A DNA stretch of 64,000 nt. Origin: a virus. Lineage: Duplodnaviria; Heunggongvirae; Uroviricota; Caudoviricetes. A program made the translations under genes and the position numbers. Location: IMG/VR virus record IMGVR_UViG_2868597578_000002. One strand, given 5' to 3'. The notes beneath the pieces were generated by a model. It was given only the letters and a program-made list of their open reading frames with translations, was not told the DNA's origin and ran no database searches. Below, piece after piece: positions 34,983 through 46,148 of this stretch (positions within the stretch are counted from its first letter, which is position 1; every line of letters begins with the position of its first letter).

Positions 34983-37283
34983 ATGTTAAAAGAAAGAGCA
35001 AAAGAATCTATAAAGTTCAAGGCAAAAGCCGTCATATATGAGAACGAAACTGGCTTCAAGATTATTGCCGGTGTAGCTTTTAATGCGAAAACAGGGGAAA
35101 GAATATGCAAATGCAGTATGAAAGGTCAGATGTTTGATGTCACTGATGGAGATGAAGTATTTGCAACGGGAGACTGGGATGAACATCCTAAATATGGAAT
35201 CGGCTTTAAAATGGATGCGTATGTTAAGATTATTCCACAGGACAAAAAAAGTATCTTGTGGTATTTAAAACAAGGTAATATTGATGGCATATCACAAAAA
35301 AGGGCGGAGGCTATTGTCAATAAATTCGGTGACAATACTTTTGATGTGCTCATATATCAGACCGAGCTATTACAGCAGATAAAAGGGATTGGAAAGAAAA
35401 GCATTGAGAAGATAAAGAAATGTGCAAAGGAAAAGCTCGAAGAACAGAACATGATTCAGACTATCATGATGTATATTCAAGGCTTCGGCATCAGTCCTGC
35501 ATATGCAAATCGTATTTATAAGCGTTACGGTCTTGATAGCATTAAGGTGATTAACGAAAACCCGTATAGACTGGCTGACGAAGTGAAAGGAATTGGCTTT
35601 TTAAAAGCAGACGAGATTGCGCTGAAGAATGGTATGCCAAAGGATAGTCCGTTCCGTGTTGAAAGTGCTGTTATGTATGTATTAAAGCAGATGAGCGAAG
35701 ATGGCGACGTGTTTGGGCATAGAGAAAAAGTGGAGAAGGACTGCCGCGATTTCTTGCAGCTGGATATTTCTTATGTAGAAAACGCAGTGAAAAGTCTGAT
35801 TCAGAAAAAGAAACTTATATGCGAAGACGATGCACTCTATCTGATTCCTCTGTATAAAGCAGAAACATATGCTGCAAAAAAAATAGTAGAATTACTTCAG
35901 AGCAAAACAAAAAGGGTGAATGTAACAAAAAAAGAAGTAAAAGCAATGGGAAAAGAACTGGATAGGGATTACGCACCGGAACAGGTACAGGCTATTATAG
36001 AATCATGTCGGTCAAATGTACTAATCTTGACAGGGGGACCTGGTACAGGAAAAACCACAACAGTTAACGGAATCATCCATATGCTGAAAAAGCATGGGAT
36101 GGATGCGATTTTGTGTGCAGCACCGACAGGTAAGGCTTCAAAGAGGATGAAAGAAACAACTGGAGAGAAAGCTCAAACAATACATCGTACACTGGAAGTA
36201 AAAAGTGAAGGGGCATACGGCTTCAAATTTGGAAAAAATGAAAAAACACCATTGGAAGGCGATGCCATCATTATTGACGAAAGTTCAATGATTGATATGG
36301 AATTGATGGCATCAGTATTAAAGGCTATTCCAGAAGGAATGAAACTGATTTTGGTTGGTGACATCGACCAGTTGCCAAGTGTTGGCTGTGGAAACGTATT
36401 GCATGAAATGATTGATTCTAATGTTGTTCCAATCGTAAGGCTGAAGACCATATTCCGTCAGGCAGCAGAAAGCCAGATTATAAAAAACGCGCATCTGATT
36501 AATGAGGGTGTTGTTCCAAGTTTCAAAAATAACAGAAATGGAGATTATTTTTTCATGGACGTTGACGGAATGGAACAGGAACGAATCAGAGACTATATCG
36601 TAACGTATGTGTGTGACAATTTGCCGAGATATTATAACGTGGGTGCTGATGAGATACAGGTTCTGGCACCAATGAAGAAAGGGCCGACTGGTGTCTGGGA
36701 GCTTAACGACTATATCCAGAACAGGATTAACCCGCCAAGTGCAACAAAACAAATTATACCATGTAATGACCACCTGCTGAGGGTTGGAGACAAGGTAATG
36801 TACACATGTAATGATTACGATAAAAAGATATTCAATGGTGATGTAGGCAAGATTGTTTCAATCTGTCTGACGCAGGATGAAGCAGACGATGCTGATGAAG
36901 ACAATGCCGATGAAAGCGCAAAAAGAGGATTTGTTGTTGATTTTGATGGAAACAGAGTCCATTTTGATTTAAGCAAAGCGCAGGATTTTATCCTTGCTTA
37001 TGCAACAACGATACATAAAAGCCAGGGAAGCGAGTATGATATCGTTGTGATGCCGCTTACAACCGCAAATTATATCATGCTGCAGAGAAACCTGTTGTAC
37101 ACAGCCGTGACGCGAGCAAAAAAAGTATTCGTGTTGTTTGGACAGAAAAATGCAGTGGCCAGAGCAGTTAAGAACCTCACTGTTGTCAATAGAAATACAA
37201 GGCTGGGGTCTAGGATATCAGAGGATGCAGGATTCCTGCTTGAAAAACAAAATACAAAAAAACATGAGCGCAAAACAGCTTAA
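34983..37283 (+). CDS. recD2: ATP-dependent RecD2-type SF1B helicase
   Basis: HhH region, NPYRLADEVKGIGF.KAD, LTGGPGTGKTT, IIDESSM, GDIDQLPSVG, FRQA, AYATTIHKSQGSEY. Confidence 0.95.
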   Translation: MLKERAKESIKFKAKAVIYENETGFKIIAGVAFNAKTGERICKCSMKGQMFDVTDGDEVFATGDWDEHPKYGIGFKMDAYVKIIPQDKKSILWYLKQGNIDGISQKRAEAIVNKFGDNTFDVLIYQTELLQQIKGIGKKSIEKIKKCAKEKLEEQNMIQTIMMYIQGFGISPAYANRIYKRYGLDSIKVINENPYRLADEVKGIGFLKADEIALKNGMPKDSPFRVESAVMYVLKQMSEDGDVFGHREKVEKDCRDFLQLDISYVENAVKSLIQKKKLICEDDALYLIPLYKAETYAAKKIVELLQSKTKRVNVTKKEVKAMGKELDRDYAPEQVQAIIESCRSNVLILTGGPGTGKTTTVNGIIHMLKKHGMDAILCAAPTGKASKRMKETTGEKAQTIHRTLEVKSEGAYGFKFGKNEKTPLEGDAIIIDESSMIDMELMASVLKAIPEGMKLILVGDIDQLPSVGCGNVLHEMIDSNVVPIVRLKTIFRQAAESQIIKNAHLINEGVVPSFKNNRNGDYFFMDVDGMEQERIRDYIVTYVCDNLPRYYNVGADEIQVLAPMKKGPTGVWELNDYIQNRINPPSATKQIIPCNDHLLRVGDKVMYTCNDYDKKIFNGDVGKIVSICLTQDEADDADEDNADESAKRGFVVDFDGNRVHFDLSKAQDFILAYATTIHKSQGSEYDIVVMPLTTANYIMLQRNLLYTAVTRAKKVFVLFGQKNAVARAVKNLTVVNRNTRLGSRISEDAGFLLEKQNTKKHERKTA

Positions 37284-37405
37284 GACGGCTGTTTTGCGTT
37301 TTTGTATCAACAAAAATTCTTCATTATGAAGATATAAGAAATACGTAAAAGAAGAATGGGAATAAAAGCAATTTTTTACACAAAAGAGAAGGGAGGCCGG
37401 TTTGT

Positions 37406-37951
37406 ATGGCATCAGAGAACGACAGACACGAAGCGTATAAAAATTACATCGCTGCAAACGAGAGCACTGTTTTAAAAGGATTGAAAAATTGGCTTCTGTT
37501 TGGAAGGCCGATAGCAGAGGCAAGCATTTTATATGAAATAAGAAAATGCTTGGACCCATGGCCAACACATTTTATATTAGAAAATTCGCAGAGCAGGAAG
37601 GTTCGAGACGGTGTTTTATTGGAAAACGGCTATGTTTGCAAAAATCTTACAATAAAAGATTTCTTGAACGAATTTTCAGGAAAAGTTTTCTTATGCGAGG
37701 GCGAAAATGGGCATGACGAATATTATACGACTTACGGGGAAGAGTTAGACATCCCCATTGGAAGTGTAATGGAAAAAATGGCTAAAAAAGGGATGGAGGC
37801 TATTTTGAAAGACAAATTCAAATCGTATGAAAACATGCAAGATGAAGGTGTATTCATGGAATATCTGTTCAAGGTTGTTGATATATATTCAGCCTTATCG
37901 GTTATCCGGTTTTATCGAATGGAAGAAATAGCATTAAATGACATAAGATGA
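37406..37951 (+). CDS. Hypothetical protein
   Basis: 181 aa, GGAGG RBS. Confidence 0.7.
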   Translation: MASENDRHEAYKNYIAANESTVLKGLKNWLLFGRPIAEASILYEIRKCLDPWPTHFILENSQSRKVRDGVLLENGYVCKNLTIKDFLNEFSGKVFLCEGENGHDEYYTTYGEELDIPIGSVMEKMAKKGMEAILKDKFKSYENMQDEGVFMEYLFKVVDIYSALSVIRFYRMEEIALNDIR

Positions 37952-38218
37952 TATGCATAAGAAAGTTGTTTTAAGGCCTGCTTTAGCGGTAGGCCTTTTG
38001 TAATGCAAAAAAAATAAAAAAGCTCGCAAAAAAAACAACAAAAATAAAAAAATCAAGCATATTAATTACGTCAAGAAATAAACAGTTCGAGGCGAAGGAA
38101 CTGCGAAAAATATACGTAGTGCCAAAAAAACATATTGAGGGCCGACTGGTAATGTGAGATTGACCGCGGCCTTCCGCCTAATAACAAAAAAAATTAGAAA
38201 AGGAGATTACAAAATTAT

Positions 38219-38953
38219 ATGGGAAGAAAATTTAAAATTGAAAGAGACTATTACGATGAGAAGGATTATTTATATAGAAAAATGCATGTAGAGTTTGAAC
38301 CTGGCCTTACGGTCCTGATTGGATGCAATGGGTGCGGAAAAACCACATTGATGCGACAGGTTCGGTTACAGGTGGAGAAGGAGCTTAAAAATCCGTGTGT
38401 TATCAATTACGACAACTATATTCATGGCGGAGCATCTTCAATAAGCGAATCCATACTTTGCGGAGATATGACATTTGTTGCGGATAGTGTGATGTCAAGC
38501 GAAGGAGAAAAGATTGCATTAAATATGCAGAAACTATCCATGAAAATTGGTTCTCTTATGAAAAAATATCCGGACGAAAAAGAGTTTTGGATTTTTCTTG
38601 ATGGAGTGGACAGCGGATTCAGTGTTGATGCGATTGAGGACTTGAAACGCGGCCTGTTTGATACTATATTTGGCTGTTATCCGGATAAAGATATCTACAT
38701 CATCGCAAGTGCAAATGAATATGAGATGGCCAGAGGAGAGAAATGTTTCGATACAGTCAACTGCAGATATGTGAATATTAAGTCGTATGAACGTTATAGA
38801 AGTCTTGTGTTAAAATCAAGGGAGTACAAAGATGAAAGGATTAAAAAGGCGGTTAAAAGAGCGGAAAGCCAGAAAGAAAAGGCTGCCGAAAAAGACTCTG
38901 ATAATGTGAAGGAAAGCAGTTTCCAGGCTCGAGAGTGGAAGAAGGAGAGATAG
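38219..38953 (+). CDS. ABC/AAA-type ATPase
   Basis: Walker A GCNGCGKTT, SEGE signature-like, Walker B WIFLDGVDSG. Confidence 0.8.
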   Translation: MGRKFKIERDYYDEKDYLYRKMHVEFEPGLTVLIGCNGCGKTTLMRQVRLQVEKELKNPCVINYDNYIHGGASSISESILCGDMTFVADSVMSSEGEKIALNMQKLSMKIGSLMKKYPDEKEFWIFLDGVDSGFSVDAIEDLKRGLFDTIFGCYPDKDIYIIASANEYEMARGEKCFDTVNCRYVNIKSYERYRSLVLKSREYKDERIKKAVKRAESQKEKAAEKDSDNVKESSFQAREWKKER

Positions 38954-39099
38954 GAAGGAGCAGGGGATAAAGCCCCTGCCTATTTCGGATTGGTGGAAGA
39001 GCCGCCAGACATCAAGCAAACAATAATTATTCGCAAATATTTTCAGCTTGGCCGAAAATTCGTCATATTAATTCCACAAAAAAAAGAGGAGGAATTGAT

Positions 39100-39981
39100 A
39101 TGGCAATTTATGTGACTGGAGATACTCACGGTGCTAAACAATATGGATTTTGCAGTGTTGATGGATTTATGCACAGATTAAATACAGATTCTTTCCCGGA
39201 ACAAAAAATGATGACGAAAGATGACTATGTAGTAATCTGTGGAGATTTTGGTGGCGTCTGGGATTTTAAAGGAGAGTCTCCGGAAGAAAAATATAACCTA
39301 GACTGGCTTGAATCGCGTAATTTTACAACATTATTTGTTCCAGGAAATCATGAAAATTACGACCGTCTGGTTGGTATAAATGACAAAAAAGTGCTAGACT
39401 CCTGGATTTTTAAAGGACTGAGCGATGTAAAGAAAAATAAAATACTGAATGGATACCCACAAAAAGAATGGCACGGCGGAATTGTGAGAGAAATTCGCCC
39501 ATCTGTTCTTATGCTTGAACGAGGATATGTTTTCGATATTGACGGGTGTAAGTGTTTTGCCTTTGGTGGTGCAAGAAGTCACGATATCAGCGGTGGAATC
39601 CTTAAAGCAGAAGAATTTGAAAGCAAAAAACTGGCTAATAAAGAGGCTGAGAGATGGAATCTCGAAGGTAAGATGTTTCGTGTAAATCATATTTCATGGT
39701 GGGAGCAGGAAATGCCAGAGCAGATGGAGATGGAACGCGGCTGGGCCATGCTTGAAGATGAAAAATATAAAGTAGATTTCATTTTTTCGCATGACTGCCC
39801 GGCTTCTGATAAATATTTCATCCTGCGTGTGAATGAGCCTGATGAGCTAAACAGGTATCTTGAACAGGTAAAACAGAAAACAGAGTACAAAAAATGGTTC
39901 TTTGGGCATTACCATGAAAATATGATGATACCTGGAGGAAAAGACCTGTTGCTGTATGAGCAGATTGTACAGATTAACTGA
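39100..39981 (+). CDS. Calcineurin-like metallophosphoesterase
   Basis: GDTHG, GDFG, GNHENY, SHDCP, FGHYH. Confidence 0.92.
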   Translation: MAIYVTGDTHGAKQYGFCSVDGFMHRLNTDSFPEQKMMTKDDYVVICGDFGGVWDFKGESPEEKYNLDWLESRNFTTLFVPGNHENYDRLVGINDKKVLDSWIFKGLSDVKKNKILNGYPQKEWHGGIVREIRPSVLMLERGYVFDIDGCKCFAFGGARSHDISGGILKAEEFESKKLANKEAERWNLEGKMFRVNHISWWEQEMPEQMEMERGWAMLEDEKYKVDFIFSHDCPASDKYFILRVNEPDELNRYLEQVKQKTEYKKWFFGHYHENMMIPGGKDLLLYEQIVQIN

Positions 39982-39995
39982 TAGGCGGTGGTCGT

Positions 39996-40424
39996 ATGGC
40001 AATCCGGAAAGAAAAAGAAGAGATTTGCGGAAGACTCTCTACGAGAGTTGTCTACATTACAGAAGACGGAAAGCGGTTTTGTCAGGAAAGCGAAGCTTTC
40101 CTGCATGGTGAGTACCTGAAATGGCAGCAGACAGCCAGGAAAATGGGCGTCAAGTGTATCGATGGAGGGTATTATTGTAAGAACGAACAGGCATTGGCTG
40201 CCGTCGTAATTATGATATCGTATAAAACAGGCCGGTATGACTGGAAGCAGAAGAAGTTTGTCAAATATGATAATTACCAAAATTACAGATTTTCCGGCCC
40301 GGACTGGTATTTCTTCGAGCACGATGCAGGCAAGCCGTATCCTTACGGATACAGCATTAAGTCCCTGACCCAGAAGAAACAGGAATTCGCTGAATGGCTG
40401 AAAAAATACGAGGAGAAAGCGTAG
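39996..40424 (+). CDS. Hypothetical protein
   Basis: 142 aa directly after the phosphoesterase. Confidence 0.7.
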   Translation: MAIRKEKEEICGRLSTRVVYITEDGKRFCQESEAFLHGEYLKWQQTARKMGVKCIDGGYYCKNEQALAAVVIMISYKTGRYDWKQKKFVKYDNYQNYRFSGPDWYFFEHDAGKPYPYGYSIKSLTQKKQEFAEWLKKYEEKA

Positions 40425-40526
40425 TGGCTTTCTCTTTTTTTTGGTTTTTTTTCTCGCTTTCTTTTTTTTGCATATTGGATATGTAAATGTTACCGAAAAA
40501 TCGGCAAAGAAAGAGAGGAATTTGTA

Positions 40527-40994
40527 ATGGAAATGTATTTTAAACTTTCTGAGTTGACAAAATTAGAACAGCAGATGTATTACAACTGCATATATCTGTT
40601 TCTTATGGAAGCAAATATACAGCACCCGGAATTTTCTGCTTGGTATAGCGGCTTGTTTACTGACGACCTGCGCTTAAAGCCGGAGTACGAAATCGTAATC
40701 TGTGAAAAGGAATATGAGATTGCCGGGGTCACAATCCTGAAATCAACAAAAGAAGAGGCAAAAATATGCACGGTGTATGTTGCAGAACAGTATCGCCATA
40801 ATGGTCTCGGAAGAAGGCTGATGGAGTTAAGCATTGAGTGGCTGGAAAATGAAAAGCCGGTGATGATACTTGATAAAAACAAGGAACCAGACTTTGCGGG
40901 CATCCTTAAACACTTTGGCTTTGTATTTCAGGAAGAAAATTGCGGATTACATAATCCGGGAAAGGTAGAACTTATATACAACGGGAAAAACTGA
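40527..40994 (+). CDS. GNAT-family acetyltransferase
   Basis: KICTVYVAEQYRHNGLGRRLM acetyl-CoA-binding motif. Confidence 0.88.
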   Translation: MEMYFKLSELTKLEQQMYYNCIYLFLMEANIQHPEFSAWYSGLFTDDLRLKPEYEIVICEKEYEIAGVTILKSTKEEAKICTVYVAEQYRHNGLGRRLMELSIEWLENEKPVMILDKNKEPDFAGILKHFGFVFQEENCGLHNPGKVELIYNGKN

Positions 40995-41582
40995 GCCGAA
41001 GGCTCAGTTTTTTTTGTGGGAGGTTGCGGGAGAGAGGAGTATTTGGGTGGTTGGAAGACGAAAAGAGTGAAGGATTGAAGAAGTTGGTAAAAGTGAAGGT
41101 TGCTGGAGACCGGAAGGCTGAGATTTGCTCTGTAAGAAAAGAAGAACGGCGGCGTGAGGTGTTTGCCGGCTGGCGCCGGGAGGAATTAATCTGGCGGCCA
41201 GAAGACGTTGGGTTCTGTAAAGAAGCAAGATGAGAAGAAGTTGGCAGCTGAAGGAATACTGACTTTTGCTGGCTGAAATGCTCGTCTGTGTATGCTGTTC
41301 GCAAGTTGCATGCATGCCGCTGCTCACATATTGCCCGCAGCGTCTGGTCGGTTTCCTGCATTTTTTTGCCGATTATGAAAGATGCACAAAAGAAGCCTCA
41401 AAAAAGCCTTTTTTATTAATAAAACCAGAAAGAAATTGGTAAAAATACACAAAAACAAAGCAAAAACATGGCCATTTTGTACGTTCAAAAAGTGTTTCAT
41501 TTTCAAAATTTTTTAGCATATTATTCTTGTAATCGAAGACAAGTACCCGGCGAAGCCGGAAGATAAAAAAGGAGAGAGAAAA

Positions 41583-41834
41583 ATGATTACAAGAAAAATT
41601 AAGATTGAGACTATCAGTAAAGTTAAAGATTTTGTAAACGAAATCAGCAAGGTTGATGTTAACGCTGATTTAAGCAATCCGGACAGACGGTATATCGTTG
41701 ATGCAAAATCTATCCTCGGAATCTTAAGCCTGGATATCTCTCATGTGATGAATCTGACGATTTATGATGAGGAGAAAAACGCAGGAAAGTATGAAAAGAT
41801 TTTTGAGGAATTTGGAGTAAGAGACAATAACTAG
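41583..41834 (+). CDS. HPr-like protein lacking His15, retaining Ser46 motif
   Basis: RYIVDAKSILGILSL; no GLHARP motif. Confidence 0.85.
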   Translation: MITRKIKIETISKVKDFVNEISKVDVNADLSNPDRRYIVDAKSILGILSLDISHVMNLTIYDEEKNAGKYEKIFEEFGVRDNN

Positions 41835-41948
41835 AATTCGAGACAGCATGGCGGCGGAAGGCCGCTTTTTTTTGTTGTGTGAAAGAATTGGCATATTAAA
41901 AACGATGTTATTAAAATTTTTATATGCTGATTTTTTCAGAAAGAAAGG

Positions 41949-42362
41949 ATGGAAATTATGATTAATGCAATGAAGAATTATGGAGCACTCGTTGGAAGCG
42001 TTGATACTGCAATGGTGGATAAGGCAAGAGGTATCTTAATGGATTTGCCTAAGACTATGCCAAGACCGCAATACAAGAGCCAGACAAGCGGCTTAATGTG
42101 CTATCCGGTGGAAAAAGCTCTTCAGGAGTGGAGCTTATCCATTGATGATGACAGACTGCTTCTGGCGATGGCGGCCGTTGCTTCCATGGCAGATTACGTT
42201 GACGGCGTCGGCATCGCAATGCCGGTGACTGCTGACGTGATGGCCGTCATGAAATTTGTGGCACATTTGCTGGATGCTGAGGAAAGCGGCCCGGTGTATA
42301 TGCGTCATGAAGTATATCATGGCGAGGAACGGGCGTTCTCTTACGTCGTTCGTGTCATCTAA
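41949..42362 (+). CDS. Hypothetical protein
   Basis: 137 aa, GAAAGGA RBS. Confidence 0.65.
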   Translation: MEIMINAMKNYGALVGSVDTAMVDKARGILMDLPKTMPRPQYKSQTSGLMCYPVEKALQEWSLSIDDDRLLLAMAAVASMADYVDGVGIAMPVTADVMAVMKFVAHLLDAEESGPVYMRHEVYHGEERAFSYVVRVI

Positions 42363-42522
42363 GATTTCAGAGTCAAAACCGAAATGGTTTTGGCTCTTTT
42401 TTTTGCGGCGGCAGTACGGATACAAACAAAAAAAGCATAAAAAAAATTGGAAAAAATAATCGTGGTTGGGGAAAATTTCGGCATTTTGTATGTGTAAAAA
42501 AAATAGAAAAGAGGAAAAGCAT

Positions 42523-43905
42523 ATGACATACAAAACTGGAGACCAGGTGCGGGATGAAGTCAAAATACCAATGCATAAATTGATGTTTCAAAAGATAAAA
42601 AAGACATGTGAGTTTGGAAAGCCAGGCTGGATTATATTGGGTGAGAGTAAAAATGAGTTCACATCATGCTTTATAGAAGATTTTGATTTGATTGAAAAGT
42701 ATTTAGATTTCGCTAATTCGCATATTCCATCAAATCGTAAACAATCACATTCAATTTCTGTGGGAATAAGACCCTCCAAAATGATTACTCTAACTTTTTG
42801 GGAAAATTACCTTGCGATAAAAACATATAAAGATATTGATAGTGTACATCTTTCTTTAAGCTTGAGCAAAGACGAATATACGATAAAATGTTATGGCAGT
42901 AAGGATATTACGATTCTCATTTATCCGGATGGAGCAGTAATGACGGCAAGACCGAATTTTGACCGCAAATATTACCCAACAACCGTTAAAAATGTGATAC
43001 AGAGATTGCCAAGTGATGTTCAGAAAGCATTATTTGAAGAATTTGCAGGAAATAGCCTGTTGTACAAAGATTTTATGACCGATAAGTTTTTGGCTACAAT
43101 GAGACTGACTGATTTGGATAAGAAATTCAATAAGCTTGACTATTTCCAAAGTGCATTTCCAGATGTTGCTTTTCCAAAAACAGCAAATAAAATGAACTGT
43201 TATGAGTTGTATGCCATTGGATGCGCGGAGAAATATATTGAGCCGGAACAGGCTGGATTGCTGTTTGAAAAGGATTATCGGATTGATAAAGTACAGGATT
43301 TTACCCCATCAAAGCGAAGATGCAAGGAAATTGGGAAAAATTATATAAAAAGTATATTAAAGCAAAAAGTAACTGAAGAGGTTCTTTATGAGTTCGATTT
43401 TTTTATCGATGATTATGTAGAAATGGCCATGGAATTAAAAGAAAAAATAGATATAAAAGCAGGAAAGAAAAAGATACGGAAGCTGCATGATGAATATGCG
43501 GAGCGGCTATTGAAGAAAAAACACAGGGGAAAAATAAAGATTCCGGAAACACCGTTAAAATATCTGAAATTGCCAAAAGAGTTTATTTTGCTGGACGCGC
43601 CTGGGGCGTTATGTCAAGAGCAGAAACGGCAGCATAATTGTGTGTCGTCTTATATTGGACGTATTGAAAAAGGTTCCTGTATTATTTATTCTGCAGACAT
43701 TAATGGCGAGCATGTGACAATAGAAATCAGATACAGAAAAACAAGAGGAAAATATACTTTTATCGTACCTCAGTGCTTAAAAATGTGGAATGAATGTTGT
43801 TCAGAAGAAACTCTGAAATATGTGAAAGAACAGGTAAAGGAAGCGGGAGAGCAGGCGGTAAAAAAGTACGAAAGGAAAATAGAAAGAAAGGCGAAAAATC
43901 AATAG
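42523..43905 (+). CDS. PcfJ-like domain protein
   Basis: C-terminal L..E.KRQHNCVSSY..RI..G...IYS...TIEI; start refined to MTYKTG. Confidence 0.75.
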   Translation: MTYKTGDQVRDEVKIPMHKLMFQKIKKTCEFGKPGWIILGESKNEFTSCFIEDFDLIEKYLDFANSHIPSNRKQSHSISVGIRPSKMITLTFWENYLAIKTYKDIDSVHLSLSLSKDEYTIKCYGSKDITILIYPDGAVMTARPNFDRKYYPTTVKNVIQRLPSDVQKALFEEFAGNSLLYKDFMTDKFLATMRLTDLDKKFNKLDYFQSAFPDVAFPKTANKMNCYELYAIGCAEKYIEPEQAGLLFEKDYRIDKVQDFTPSKRRCKEIGKNYIKSILKQKVTEEVLYEFDFFIDDYVEMAMELKEKIDIKAGKKKIRKLHDEYAERLLKKKHRGKIKIPETPLKYLKLPKEFILLDAPGALCQEQKRQHNCVSSYIGRIEKGSCIIYSADINGEHVTIEIRYRKTRGKYTFIVPQCLKMWNECCSEETLKYVKEQVKEAGEQAVKKYERKIERKAKNQ

Positions 43906-44087
43906 CATACTGCCGGCAGCGGGCCAAAATCAGAAATGGTTTTGGCTTTTTTGTGTGTAGAAAAAATGGAAAAAGAAAATAAAATTTGGCTGATGCCTGG
44001 AAGAAGATAAGTTTGGCAAAAAATGTTTGACCTGATACAAGATTCAGCATATTAAAACAAATCCAAAAAATGGAGGCGTTTTAATAG

Positions 44088-46148
44088 ATGAAGAAAGATT
44101 TTGTGTCGCTGGCAAAGGCGAGGCCGGATTTGGCGAAGGAATGGAACTATGAAAAGAACGGGGATTTAAAGCCGGAGGATGTGAGTTGCGGAAGTCACAA
44201 AAAAGTATGGTGGGTACAATATGATAAAAGTCCTGTAACAGGTGAAGTAATAGATTTGGAATGGGAGGCATCCATTGTCGGAAGAGCTAAAAGCAATTAT
44301 GGAAATCCAATTAAATCAGGGTATCAGGTATTAAAAGGATACAATGACTTAGCAACGTTGCGACCAGATATAGCTTCAGAATGGAATTATGAGCGAAATG
44401 GAAATCTAAAACCGGATATGGTAACGTGTGGTTCTCAAAGAAAAGTATGGTGGGTTCAGTATAAGATAAATGATATTAATAACAAAATAATAAAACTTGA
44501 GTGGGAAGCTGTGATTGCTACAAGAATTAAAGGGTGTCAAAATCCATTTGATGCAGGCCAATGTGTATTAAAAGGATATAATGACCTTGCCACGCTGCGA
44601 CCAGATATAGCTTCAGAATGGAATTATAAGCGAAATGGAAATCTAAGACCGGATATGGTAACGTGTGGAGCAAACAAAAAAGTGTGGTGGGTACAATATG
44701 ATAAGAGCCCTATTACAGGCAAAATGGTAACTTTAGAATGGGAAGCTTATGTAAATAGTAGAGCTATGAAAGGAGAAACTAATCCATTTAAACTAAATCG
44801 AAAAATATTAAAAGGCTATAATGACTTAGCTACAATTCGTCCAGATTTAGCAAAAGAATGGAATTATGAAAAGAATGGAGATTTAAAGCCTGACATTATT
44901 GGATGTGGCTATAAAAAAAACGTTTGGTGGATTCAATATGACAAAAGCCCTGTCACTGGTGAAACGATGGCTTTAGAGTGGAAAGCATCAGTTGTTAATA
45001 GAGCTATTAATGGCCTTGGAAACCCATATAAATCCGGTCAAAAAGTGCTAAAAGGTTATAATGATTTATCCACATTGCGCCCAGATATAGCTTCCGAATG
45101 GAATTATGAACGAAATGGAAATTTAAAACCAGACATGGTAACGTGTGGTACACATAAAAAAGTTTGGTGGATACAGTACGATAAAAATCCAATAACAGGA
45201 AATGAAGTAAAGTTTGAATGGCAATCAAGTATTCAAGGTAGAGTGAACGGAAACGGAAACCCATATAAATCCGGTCAAAAAGTACTAAAAGGCTATAATG
45301 ATTTATCCACATTGCGCCCAGATATAGCTTCCGAATGGAATTATGAACGAAATGGAAATTTAAAACCAGACATGGTAACGTGTGGTACAGATAAAAAGGT
45401 ATGGTGGAAACAATATGACAAAAACCCAACTACAGGAGAAATAATGATTTTAGAATGGAAAGCATCAATCGTTAACAGAGTAAAAGGGGCACAAAATCCG
45501 ATAAAAATAGGAAGATTATTGCTGAAAGGCTATAATGACTTAGCATCATTAAGACCTGATTTGGCATTAGAATGGGATTATAAACAAAACGGAAATTTAA
45601 AACCTGATATGGTAACATGCGGACTTAATAAAAAAGTTTGGTGGACTCAAAAAGTACGAGATGAAAAGACTGGTGATATTGTAGAATATAAATGGAAATC
45701 ATCCATATATGGAAGAGTCAAAGGAAATGGAAATCCGTATCTAACAACATATAAAGGTGAAGAATATATAAAACAATATCTTCAAAAAAACAACATTTCT
45801 TTCAAGGCTCAACAAAAGTTTTCCGATTTGCTCGGTACTGGCGATGGTCACTTATCATATGATTTTTCAATACCTGACGAAAAATATGGGTATATTTTGA
45901 TTGAGTACAACGGCATACAGCATTATGAATCAGTTGAATATTGGGGCGGCGAAGCCGCATTAAAAAAACAAAAAGAACACGACAAAAGAAAGCGCGATTA
46001 CGCCAAGAAGCATGGATATAAGCTTATAACTATTAAGTATACATATGACACATATGAAAGTGTTGAAGAATATCTGGATAAGGAGCTTAAAAAGCTTGGC
46101 GTTATAGATGACACTAGAAAAGAAGAAAACGTAAATGACGCAGCATAA
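44088..46148 (+). CDS. Seven ~80-aa DUF4379-like repeats without Zn ligands, fused to a C-terminal Vsr/DUF559-like endonuclease domain
   Basis: NDLATLRPDIASEWNYERNG.LKPDMVTCG..KKVWW x7; C-terminal KGEEYI...YDF.I...LIEYNGIQHY. Confidence 0.8.
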   Translation: MKKDFVSLAKARPDLAKEWNYEKNGDLKPEDVSCGSHKKVWWVQYDKSPVTGEVIDLEWEASIVGRAKSNYGNPIKSGYQVLKGYNDLATLRPDIASEWNYERNGNLKPDMVTCGSQRKVWWVQYKINDINNKIIKLEWEAVIATRIKGCQNPFDAGQCVLKGYNDLATLRPDIASEWNYKRNGNLRPDMVTCGANKKVWWVQYDKSPITGKMVTLEWEAYVNSRAMKGETNPFKLNRKILKGYNDLATIRPDLAKEWNYEKNGDLKPDIIGCGYKKNVWWIQYDKSPVTGETMALEWKASVVNRAINGLGNPYKSGQKVLKGYNDLSTLRPDIASEWNYERNGNLKPDMVTCGTHKKVWWIQYDKNPITGNEVKFEWQSSIQGRVNGNGNPYKSGQKVLKGYNDLSTLRPDIASEWNYERNGNLKPDMVTCGTDKKVWWKQYDKNPTTGEIMILEWKASIVNRVKGAQNPIKIGRLLLKGYNDLASLRPDLALEWDYKQNGNLKPDMVTCGLNKKVWWTQKVRDEKTGDIVEYKWKSSIYGRVKGNGNPYLTTYKGEEYIKQYLQKNNISFKAQQKFSDLLGTGDGHLSYDFSIPDEKYGYILIEYNGIQHYESVEYWGGEAALKKQKEHDKRKRDYAKKHGYKLITIKYTYDTYESVEEYLDKELKKLGVIDDTRKEENVNDAA

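Noticed and set aside
40972-41361. ORFs in the purine-rich stretch after the GNAT gene
   Set aside because: Three overlapping frames, low complexity, no RBS or promoter motif; no supportable feature.
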